Origin: an uncultured bacterium
GTDB taxonomy: Bacteria > Verrucomicrobiota > Verrucomicrobiia > Verrucomicrobiales > DEV007
Assembly (NCBI GenBank): GCA_963977015.1
Contig: CAXBMO010000010.1
Coordinates: 147,555-211,554 of the forward strand
DNA length: 64,000 nucleotides
Direction of reading: 5' to 3'
Numbering within the stretch: the first letter of the stretch is position 1; the number at the start of each line of letters is the position of its first letter. Positions 37,442-45,714 of the stretch are shown one piece after another. A model generated the notes under the pieces. That model ran no database searches, had not been told where the DNA came from, and was given only the letters and a program-made list of their open reading frames with translations. The position numbers and the translations under genes were made by a program.

Positions 37442-39034
37442 ATGAAAACCCTCTCTTCCCTGATGGTGCTTCTGGCATTGGCAATTGGTGTAACGAAAGC
37501 TGATGATCGCCCCAACATTCTTTTCATCTTCACCGATGATCATGCGCCGCACGCGATTGGCGCTTATAACGGTTGGCTCAAATCGGTGAATCCCACTCCG
37601 GTGATCGATCGGTTGGCGGCTGAGGGAATGATCTTCGAAAACAGTTTTTGCACGAACTCCATTTGTGGACCGAGCCGGGCAGTCATTCAGACCGGTAAGC
37701 ACAGCCACAAAAACGGATTCATGAACAACGGGAACTCGTTTGATTGGAATCAGCAGACGTTTCCGAAGTTGTTGCAAAAGGCCGGGTATCAAACTGCGAT
37801 TTACGGGAAGAGCCACCTTAAAGGGAAGCCCCAGGGATTTGATGATTGGAAGGTCCTTCCCGGCCAGGGACTCTACTACAACCCGGATTTTTTGACCGAA
37901 GAGGGGAAAGTTACCATTGAGGGATATTGCACGGACATCGTCACGGACATGGGGGTGAACTACTTGAAGAACCTGCGCGATCCGAAGAAGCCTTTTATGC
38001 TGATGGTTCAACACAAGGCGCCACACCGGAACTGGATGCCGGCTCCGCGTCATCTTAATCTGTATGATGATATCGATATTCCTGAGCCTGCGACGTTGTT
38101 CGATAAGTGGGAAGACAACACGTTCGCGGCTCGCCGACAGGAACTTGAGATCGATCGGCACATGGACCTCAACTACGATCTGTTTGTTGATTTAACTCCG
38201 GAGTTTAGCCAGGAGGCATCTCAGAAGCGTCAGGATCGTTCGGCCTGGAACAATTTGAAGCGGTTTACGCCGGAGCAGTTGAAAACTTGGCGCGATGCCT
38301 ATGGACCGAAGGATGCAGCGTTTCATGCAGCCAATCTGAGTGGCGAAGATCTGGTGCGGTGGAAGTTTCAGCGTTATGCAAAGAACTATCTGCGCTGCGT
38401 GAAAGGTGTCGATGAAAGCGTTGAAAGGCTGATGGGCACGTTGGATGAACTGGGAATCGCTGAGAATACGATCGTGATTTACAGCAGTGATCAGGGCTTT
38501 TACATCGGTGACCACGGTTGGTACGATAAACGGTGGATGTATGAAGAGTCGCTTAAAATGCCGTTTGTCATCAAATGGCCTGGAGTGATCGAGCCTGGGT
38601 CACGAAATCAGCATTTAATTCAGAATTTGGACTATGCTTCTACCTTTCTTGAGGTGGCGGGGGCTCCCATCCCGCAGGATCTGCAGGGGCTATCGTTGGT
38701 GCCACTTCTGAAAGGCGAAAGTCCCTCCGATTGGCGCAAGTCGATCTATTACCATTATTACGAATATCCGAGCGTCCACATGATCCCACGCCATTTTGGG
38801 ATTCGAACCGACCGTTACAAACTCATGAAGTTCTACCAGTTTGGAGAAGAATGGGAGTTTTACGATTTGGAAACCGACCCGGACGAGCTGACGAATCAGT
38901 TTAACAATCCAGAATATGCTGGGAAGATTGCCGAAGTGAAAGCGCAGCTGGCGGCGCTTCAGGAGCATTACGAGGAGGACAGCGACCTCTCAGCCAAACC
39001 TGCGGAATGGCAGGCAAAGTATCGGGGAGAATAG
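37442..39034 (+). CDS. Secreted formylglycine-dependent sulfatase (S1)
   Basis: Signal peptide; RPNILFIFTDDH; CGPSRA (CxPxR); HKAPHRNW; DKRWMYEES. Confidence 0.93.
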   Translation: MKTLSSLMVLLALAIGVTKADDRPNILFIFTDDHAPHAIGAYNGWLKSVNPTPVIDRLAAEGMIFENSFCTNSICGPSRAVIQTGKHSHKNGFMNNGNSFDWNQQTFPKLLQKAGYQTAIYGKSHLKGKPQGFDDWKVLPGQGLYYNPDFLTEEGKVTIEGYCTDIVTDMGVNYLKNLRDPKKPFMLMVQHKAPHRNWMPAPRHLNLYDDIDIPEPATLFDKWEDNTFAARRQELEIDRHMDLNYDLFVDLTPEFSQEASQKRQDRSAWNNLKRFTPEQLKTWRDAYGPKDAAFHAANLSGEDLVRWKFQRYAKNYLRCVKGVDESVERLMGTLDELGIAENTIVIYSSDQGFYIGDHGWYDKRWMYEESLKMPFVIKWPGVIEPGSRNQHLIQNLDYASTFLEVAGAPIPQDLQGLSLVPLLKGESPSDWRKSIYYHYYEYPSVHMIPRHFGIRTDRYKLMKFYQFGEEWEFYDLETDPDELTNQFNNPEYAGKIAEVKAQLAALQEHYEEDSDLSAKPAEWQAKYRGE

Positions 39035-39064
39035 ATCGACCGGGTGGATCTTACTCCGGTTCGT

Positions 39065-40273
39065 TTAATCGGACCGGAGCGCCCAATCGACCAAAACCCG
39101 GGTGTCCTTGAAGATCCAGGAGTCGGTGCTGCGGAGAACGACAACGATGCGTTCCCGCCCGTGTTGTTCCGCGCTGGTGATGAGTCCGGTTCGAGCCTCG
39201 GGCGATTTGCCAAGTTTCATGCCGTTGCATGCGCCCATTTGCCCGAGAAGCTTGTTGGGATTGGTGGCGTAACGTGTTTGTCCTGCGATCGTTAGTTTGA
39301 GGCTTTTCGTTTTCACCGCTTCCCGAATAAAACTCTGGTGATAGCATTCCCATGCGAGCAAGGCGAGATCCCGCGCAGTTGTCACCTGACCGGATGCATC
39401 GAGACCACCAGGGTTCTTGAAGGTGGTGTTCTTGAGTCCGAGTCGCTTGCCGCGCTCATTCATTTTCGCGACGAAAGCATCGACTGTACCCGCATTGTCC
39501 CGAGCCAAGGCCGATGCAACATCGCTACCGGATGCGATCAGGAACCATTGGAGCAACTCAGAGCGCTGATAGGAGTCATTTGCGCGCAGTCCGGCCCGGT
39601 TGCCTTCCGCTTGAGTATCCGCCTCCACGATTTTGATCTGACGGTCCAGTTCGCCCGATTCACAGATGATCAGAGCGGTCATCAATTGCATGAGATCAGC
39701 AGCTGGGGTCAGTTCGCCTGCGTCCTTGTTGTGCAGGATGCGGCCGTTCACGGCATCAAGAACCATGGCGTGGGCTCCCACAATCGAGGGGGCATTTGGG
39801 CCGGTCCAGCGTTTCACTTTCACATCGGAGGGCGCGGAAAGCTCCTTGTTCACGGCTTCAAGAGGTGACGAAGGCGGGAGCGCGGAAATTCTCGCGGACT
39901 CGATCGCTTCCTCACGAGAATCAATGGCCGTTTTCCTTGCTTCGATCGCGGCGCGTCGGGATTGAATCGCCCGCTCTTTTTCAGCAAGCAGACGTTCCCG
40001 TTCGGCGACTGCTCTCAAACGCTCGGTAAGTGAATCCGCCGTCATCGCGAGTGACGATTCCCATTCCTTCAGGCGCTTCTTTTCGGCGGCAAGCGGGTCT
40101 TCTTTGGATGCATCCGCCTTTTTGACCGGTGCAGGTTTGGGTTTTGGTTTGGGGGCCGGGGCTGGTTGAACCTTTTCCTTTGGCCGAACCAAGACAGGAA
40201 TTCCATCCTGGTTCACGTCTTGCGCATACGAGGTGCAAACCAAAAGAATAAGGAAAATGAAGCCGGGTTTCAT
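39065..40273 (-). CDS. Peptidase S11 (DD-carboxypeptidase)-like protein, predicted catalytically inactive, with N-terminal coiled coil
   Basis: S11 fold but SxxK reads DLMQ, SxN reads SGS, NPHGL reads NPGGL and KTG reads KLG; signal peptide; ATG 40273. Confidence 0.85.
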   Translation of the reverse strand: MKPGFIFLILLVCTSYAQDVNQDGIPVLVRPKEKVQPAPAPKPKPKPAPVKKADASKEDPLAAEKKRLKEWESSLAMTADSLTERLRAVAERERLLAEKERAIQSRRAAIEARKTAIDSREEAIESARISALPPSSPLEAVNKELSAPSDVKVKRWTGPNAPSIVGAHAMVLDAVNGRILHNKDAGELTPAADLMQLMTALIICESGELDRQIKIVEADTQAEGNRAGLRANDSYQRSELLQWFLIASGSDVASALARDNAGTVDAFVAKMNERGKRLGLKNTTFKNPGGLDASGQVTTARDLALLAWECYHQSFIREAVKTKSLKLTIAGQTRYATNPNKLLGQMGACNGMKLGKSPEARTGLITSAEQHGRERIVVVLRSTDSWIFKDTRVLVDWALRSD

Positions 40274-40287
40274 GGTGCAATTCGCGA

Positions 40288-41454
40288 TCAATCGTAGCTA
40301 AGAGCCCAATCGAGAAGGGAACGGCAATCGCGGGCCGCGACCGACGAACCACTGCAACCAAGCGCTACGATAATTCGCTCGCGGTTTCCTCTCGCTCCGC
40401 TTGCAATCAGACAGTTTTTAGAGGCAACGGTATATCCGGTTTTCATGCCATTTGCGTCCGGATGGCGATAGGTGGAAGAGGATAGGAGCTTGTTGGTGTT
40501 GTAGGCAGTCCGGACAACGCCGTGCTCCAGAGGTAGGGTGAAGCGGATGGTATTGATGCACTTGCGGATGAAGGGATGGTGGTAGCACTCCCAAGCAACC
40601 AGAGCCATGTCGCGTGCGGTCGAGTATTGGCCCGAGACGGTGAGGCCATGGGGATTCTTAAAGTTGGAATCCGTCATTCCCAATTCCAGCGCCCGTTGAT
40701 TCATCTTTTCAGCAAATGCCTCGACGGAACCTGCGTTGTCGCGCCCCAACGCCTTGGCGACGTCATTTCCCGAGCGAACGAGGAGCCATTTGACCAGGTC
40801 GGCCCGGGAGTAGCTTTGACCCGGTCTGAATCCCAAAATGGATGGCTCCACCTGAGTGTCGACCGGCTCAATCACGACCATTTTGTCGAGGTCACCAGCT
40901 TCACAAACGAGGAGTGCGGTCATGAGCTTTTGTGTGCTCGCAACCGCGGTTCGGCTGTAGGCATTTTTGGCCTGAAGAATTCGCCCATTTCTCGCATCGA
41001 TTACGATCGTATGGTTGGCGGAAACGGAGGGAGGTGGCGGCCCCTTCCATTTGGTGACTTTAGGAATGGTTTCGCGCGCCCGAACGTGCTGTTCCCGGGC
41101 CATGACCTCCATTTCCTCGTCCTCAAGTTGTGCTTCCTCCTGAGCCGCTTCCTTTTCCCGGGCTGCAAGTTTGCGCTCACGCTCAGCGAGAGTTTTTTGG
41201 CGCTGAGCTAAATTTTCGGCAAGGACTTCAAGCGACTGCTCCCACCGGACCAATTCCCGTTTTTCTGTGGCCAGCGGGTCGTTGGGATCAATTTTCGCGA
41301 CGGATCGTTTCGCTTTCGCAGAGGTTCGGATGAGGACAGAGACACCATCCTGAACGACCTCGTTTTTCTGTGAAAAGCCAAGTGTCGTTGACGCAAGCAA
41401 TCCCCCGACCGCGAGAAGTCTGATGATATTCCCCGGGAGTAACTTTAAAGGCAT
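40288..41454 (-). CDS. D-alanyl-D-alanine carboxypeptidase (S11) with N-terminal coiled coil
   Basis: ASTQKLMT (SxxK), RSGND (SxN), NPHGL, MKTGYT (KTG). Confidence 0.9.
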   Translation of the reverse strand: MPLKLLPGNIIRLLAVGGLLASTTLGFSQKNEVVQDGVSVLIRTSAKAKRSVAKIDPNDPLATEKRELVRWEQSLEVLAENLAQRQKTLAERERKLAAREKEAAQEEAQLEDEEMEVMAREQHVRARETIPKVTKWKGPPPPSVSANHTIVIDARNGRILQAKNAYSRTAVASTQKLMTALLVCEAGDLDKMVVIEPVDTQVEPSILGFRPGQSYSRADLVKWLLVRSGNDVAKALGRDNAGSVEAFAEKMNQRALELGMTDSNFKNPHGLTVSGQYSTARDMALVAWECYHHPFIRKCINTIRFTLPLEHGVVRTAYNTNKLLSSSTYRHPDANGMKTGYTVASKNCLIASGARGNRERIIVALGCSGSSVAARDCRSLLDWALSYD

Positions 41455-41546
41455 GACATTCTGAATTGAAGCACGGCGTGGCTAGTAAACCACGAATCGC
41501 TTCGTTTGACCCAGAAAAAACACAGAAAGTTCGCGGGAAACCCGAC

Positions 41547-43055
41547 TTAGTTTGCCAGATGGACGGGGGCCTCCTGGCTTTCGTGCTCCTGCATTGCAGC
41601 TTCGGCCCATCCGACCCAGCGCATGGTCTCGCGAAGATCAGGTTCACTTCCAGGTTTCACGATCCGGCTGCCTTGCGATGATTCGACGAAAGGCAGAACA
41701 TCCGCGAGAACTTCTTCCGGTTGAAGTGCGGCCAATTCATCCGCGGAACGGATCCCTCCGCCCACCAGAATCTGCGTGTCGTGAACCAGGAGTTGGGGGA
41801 TTTCGTGTGCCAACATGGCCTGGTCCTGCCAATCTTGAATGGTCTGTGCGGTGATGTAGCGCGTGGAAAGGTCTTTGGCGGCCGTCGCGGGATCGACATC
41901 AAGTAAATCCTGGACGGTGTAAATTCCAATTTTGGCGAGGCGGTCGCTGGTTTTTGGGCCGATCGATGGGGCATCGACCACATCGGCATCCAATGGTAAA
42001 CCTTCTCGTGTTTGAGTTCGTGAGGTACGAGTCGCCGCTGGTGTGGTTTGGCGGGAGGCATGGGCCGACGAAACGGGTGCGGTTTGTCGAAGCGGCTCCG
42101 CCTGCGGTTCTGTTTCGTGGATCTCCAACTCGGGCGCCGGTGATGTCGGCTCATTGTCGAGCTCAGCAACCAGATCGCGAACGACACGAACATCTTCGGT
42201 GAGGTGCTTTTCGACTTTGCCGGTCTTTTTAAACTCCTTGTACATCGCCTTGACGAGACTTTGCTCTTTGGAGTCGGCCATTTTTCGGGTCACCCAGACA
42301 ATGGGAATGTCCAGTGCCGCGATAATGCCCTGAAAGCTTAATCCAACTTCTGGTGGCACCACCCCGGATTCTGCCAACGCACGATCCAGAACGCGAGCCT
42401 GAAGCATCTGTGCATAGTGAAGGAGATCCGCGATTTGCTCGCGGGAGTGTTCATCCAGCCCTGCGGGAGGATTTTTCGATCCGACTTTGAAATCGTAGTG
42501 ATCAATTAAGGATTGGTAGCTTTGGTTGGAAAGCTTTGCGCCTTCAATCACTGCGTCTTCCAGCCATCCTTCAGCTGTTCCGAGTTGCAGATCTCCCCCA
42601 CAGGTGGATTGACCAATTTGGGTGCGTAACAGATCGTACGATTTGGAAATGCTCCATTCGACGGCACGGTGAATATTGGTCTCGGCCTCTGACTGAGCGG
42701 TGTGAAACGGCATCACCGGATCAGTCAAGTAGTGGCTCAAGACGCCCGCGCTGTAGCTCGCGGTGAGCCATTTGCCCTCTCCCAGCAAGGTAACGGTCTT
42801 ATCATACCATTCCCTGGCTTTTTGGGGCGCGCCTCCCCAGTTGTTCTGATTCACATGAAGAACGTGATTTCGAAAGTCCTTGAACTTCTTGTCGGGAGCC
42901 TTTGAGCCCTCCAGATAGGGCGCGTGGTAATAGAGAAACAGGTTCCTCCAGTTCTCGGAATTCGGTCCCTGAAGATGACCCAGAGCATGAAATGCGAGTT
43001 TGTGGTGCGTGCCGTTGCAATAGGCAGCTTCAAGAACGTTTGAGAGGAGAGACAT
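41547..43055 (-). CDS. Zn-dependent phospholipase C/P1-like domain fused to a DUF4332 (HhH) domain
   Basis: GTHHKLA, GSKAPD..FKDF.NHV, GVLSHYLTDPVMPFHT, H.A.E; C-terminal DAPSIGPKT..RL...GI.TV.DLL. Confidence 0.8.
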   Translation of the reverse strand: MSLLSNVLEAAYCNGTHHKLAFHALGHLQGPNSENWRNLFLYYHAPYLEGSKAPDKKFKDFRNHVLHVNQNNWGGAPQKAREWYDKTVTLLGEGKWLTASYSAGVLSHYLTDPVMPFHTAQSEAETNIHRAVEWSISKSYDLLRTQIGQSTCGGDLQLGTAEGWLEDAVIEGAKLSNQSYQSLIDHYDFKVGSKNPPAGLDEHSREQIADLLHYAQMLQARVLDRALAESGVVPPEVGLSFQGIIAALDIPIVWVTRKMADSKEQSLVKAMYKEFKKTGKVEKHLTEDVRVVRDLVAELDNEPTSPAPELEIHETEPQAEPLRQTAPVSSAHASRQTTPAATRTSRTQTREGLPLDADVVDAPSIGPKTSDRLAKIGIYTVQDLLDVDPATAAKDLSTRYITAQTIQDWQDQAMLAHEIPQLLVHDTQILVGGGIRSADELAALQPEEVLADVLPFVESSQGSRIVKPGSEPDLRETMRWVGWAEAAMQEHESQEAPVHLAN

Positions 43056-43293
43056 AGCTTGTTAAGGGGGGACGAAACTTTGGTTCCCTTGACAATATGC
43101 CATTTTTGATAAATGCAATGGGCTTTTTGTAGAACCTAACAGAGCAAGAAAATGTCAGCCGCGTGGGTGATTCCCCAAGGTGGTGTGCTTGTTAACCATC
43201 TCGCTAGTCGAGCTGGTTGAACATGCCAAAGTTTGCCAATGTCAGGGTGCTGTGAATGGATCTCGAATCCATGGAGACTTGGGCCGCAGAGTG

Positions 43294-44343
43294 CTATTCA
43301 CCCTCTGCCTTGAGGATGAGAACCTCAATTCGCCGATTTTCCGCACGACCTTGTTCGGTGCCATTATCAGCTCGCGGACGAAATTCACCGTAGGCCCTGG
43401 CTTCCAGACTTTTGCCGTCAATTCCTGTTTTTTGCAGAAAATTCACAACCGCCAGCGAGCGAGCGGAGGACAATTCCCAATTGGAGGAATGGGTACTGGA
43501 TTGAATGGCGGCATTGTCAGTGTGGCCTTCCACGACAATCCGGTGGCCGTTGCTGGCGAGCAAGACTTCCGAAAGGCGACCCAGTACCTCTTGTCCACGG
43601 TCCGAAATAGTGACGGCCCCGGGCGCAAACAGATATTGATCCCGAAAACAGACCCGGACTCCTTCCTCTGCGGTGGATACCGTAACGTCATCCGCAACCG
43701 CGTCGAGATTAAGGGATGCGCGAATTGTTTCCGCAGTTTGGCTGGATTTGGAGCGGTAGTTTATTTTGAAGACGAGGTCGTTCACATTGTAGCCGAACCA
43801 CGCCAGCGTATTGTTGCGCACCCGCCATTCGTTGTGGTTCTCGCCATTGCTGCGATTGCATTCGTAATCGACGAACTCGAAGTTGTCAGGGAGCACCCAC
43901 GCAAAGACATACTGATGAAAATCGTCCGGGGCGGTCCATTCTCCAAAATGGCCATCATCGCGGGGAGGGGAGGAATCCTTGTTCCAGTTGACGTAGGTGA
44001 AGAGTCCGTCTTTTCCTTCGGTCACCTGCTCATCCGAAAATTTGCCCGGACGCATCGTGGAATAATTGCCTTGAGGAAAGACAATGATGTTCCGTTTGGG
44101 ATCTGATTTCTTGTCAAACGTATACTTGTCAGGGGCGATGTAGTGAAAGGCGCCCTCTGTCTCATCCTTCTTCAGATAGAGATTGTAGGTGGGGTGGGAA
44201 CTTCGCGTGGTACGATAGTTCAGATAGCTTCTTCCATCAGGTTTGAGGAAGAAGATGTTCTCGGTAATGGTCTCGGCGCCTGCTTGAATGGAAAGCAGGA
44301 ACAACAAGCAGAAAACGAGGCAGGAAGAGATAGCCGGAGGCAT
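43294..44343 (-). CDS. Exported OmpA/MotB-C family protein with an uncharacterised N-terminal domain
   Basis: Signal peptide; VEGHTDN, SNWELSSARSLAVV, YGEFRP..DN....GR..NRRIEV. Confidence 0.85.
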   Translation of the reverse strand: MPPAISSCLVFCLLFLLSIQAGAETITENIFFLKPDGRSYLNYRTTRSSHPTYNLYLKKDETEGAFHYIAPDKYTFDKKSDPKRNIIVFPQGNYSTMRPGKFSDEQVTEGKDGLFTYVNWNKDSSPPRDDGHFGEWTAPDDFHQYVFAWVLPDNFEFVDYECNRSNGENHNEWRVRNNTLAWFGYNVNDLVFKINYRSKSSQTAETIRASLNLDAVADDVTVSTAEEGVRVCFRDQYLFAPGAVTISDRGQEVLGRLSEVLLASNGHRIVVEGHTDNAAIQSSTHSSNWELSSARSLAVVNFLQKTGIDGKSLEARAYGEFRPRADNGTEQGRAENRRIEVLILKAEGE

Positions 44344-44564
44344 TGCGGTGAGGACTGGATTGCCGATAGAAAGAACTCGCACAGAGATTGGACGTTGGGA
44401 AGTGCCTGAATGGCAAAAATCTTCTCAAAACTTCCTACCAGATGCACATCTTTCCCTGTTTCTCCCGGATGTTGACATCAACAATCACCCAGTCTTCCCC
44501 CACGTGAACCGTTTCCGTTCACTGAAAGTGCCTCAAAAAGGCCCTTTGCGACCGCTGCCGATCC

Positions 44565-44657
44565 TTAGTCTTTCCCGTTGATCAGGTAAAAAAAGCTGAT
44601 GGCTCCCAGGATGAGGAAGAAACAAGCTACAAGTAGGCCGATGACGATTGGTGACAT
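44565..44657 (-). CDS. Putative 30-aa single-TM microprotein MSPIVIGLLVACFFLILGAISFFYLINGKD
   Basis: ATG..TAA frame in otherwise empty intergenic DNA; unbroken hydrophobic helix; TATAAAT ends 7 nt upstream of the ATG. Confidence 0.6.
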   Translation of the reverse strand: MSPIVIGLLVACFFLILGAISFFYLINGKD

Positions 44658-44716
44658 AACGCCGATTTATAGGCGCATTTTTATGGGAGTTCCACTGATT
44701 TCTAGCGCGCTTGCGC

Positions 44717-45655
44717 CTAACGGATTTCGTCCACCGGAACAAACCGATCGTCGTCTTCCATGATGATCTCGAACTCTTCCGGATCCGGTTCCACGCGTTT
44801 CAGTTTCCTGCGTTTGGGTTGATTGGGCGGCTTGATTGAGCTGCCTGCCGTCATTTGCCAGACCGCAAAGGGCAAAATCACGAGTGGCATCCTGAGAATC
44901 GTTTCCGGAGCCCAACGATGAAGCACGTCCAACGTATCCCCACTGAGGTGGCTCGTGGTGATGGCGGCCGAACCGACCATGGCCAGCAAACTCATCGCGA
45001 TCGCCGAAATGGAGACCATCAGCGAAGACCAGATTCCAAGGGATGCGAGAATCGCCAAGCCCCCGACAATCCGCAAAATCATTTCGTGCTTCAGCGGATC
45101 AAGTTCCGGAGCCATTGTCGCGATCAATTCAACCCACACCTTGGGTTGTTGGCTGCCGAGTGAGACTTCTCCGATCAGTGGCAACGGCCCCTGGTAATGT
45201 GCCCCTGAGGCAAGGATTCCCAGAGTGATAAAGCTGATGCTCAACGAGAGCCGGGCGAGGTTCCGGGCCAGCCGGGGGCGGCTGAAGAGATCTCCGAGGC
45301 AGAGAATGAGAGGAGTGAGGAGAATGGCGAGAGCGCCCAGTAGATTGCTGATCGGAGTTTCGCTCACCGCACAGGAGCCAAGCGCAAAGAGGCTGAGTGG
45401 CACTGTCGCCAAAACGATGAACAGGACAACCAGCCACTTGGGTTGCCAGAGAATCACGGCCAGGCCCGATGCTAAAAACCAGCCGCCCATACCCCTGGAA
45501 ACGAGCTCAGAATCAAGATTCGGAAAAACACCGCCATATTTGGCAAGTGCCTGGGCAGATGGCGTTTCTGCATCCCAAAACAGGTGGATCCATGCCAAGC
45601 CCAAAAACAGGCAAAGCGAAGCAAGTCGGAGAAATAGTGAAACCGGTCGACTCAT
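44717..45655 (-). CDS. Hypothetical polytopic membrane protein
   Basis: About 8 hydrophobic segments and a charged C-tail; ATG 45655. Confidence 0.7.
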   Translation of the reverse strand: MSRPVSLFLRLASLCLFLGLAWIHLFWDAETPSAQALAKYGGVFPNLDSELVSRGMGGWFLASGLAVILWQPKWLVVLFIVLATVPLSLFALGSCAVSETPISNLLGALAILLTPLILCLGDLFSRPRLARNLARLSLSISFITLGILASGAHYQGPLPLIGEVSLGSQQPKVWVELIATMAPELDPLKHEMILRIVGGLAILASLGIWSSLMVSISAIAMSLLAMVGSAAITTSHLSGDTLDVLHRWAPETILRMPLVILPFAVWQMTAGSSIKPPNQPKRRKLKRVEPDPEEFEIIMEDDDRFVPVDEIR

Positions 45656-45714
45656 CAAGACTCAGAAGTTACGCCCGATGGCTTTTGCGGCCAAGCGAGG
45701 ATTTCAAACGCCCC

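Noticed and set aside
39065-40273. Calling the degenerate S11 gene a pseudogene or sequencing error
   Set aside because: The frame, signal peptide and fold motifs are intact, and four separate catalytic motifs are changed; this fits a pseudo-enzyme better.
44535-44565. GGTCGCAAAG on the minus strand resembling a c-di-GMP-I riboswitch core
   Set aside because: The upstream GGCAAAC/GAAA-tetraloop P2 and the P3 elements are missing, and that region is occupied by the microprotein ORF.
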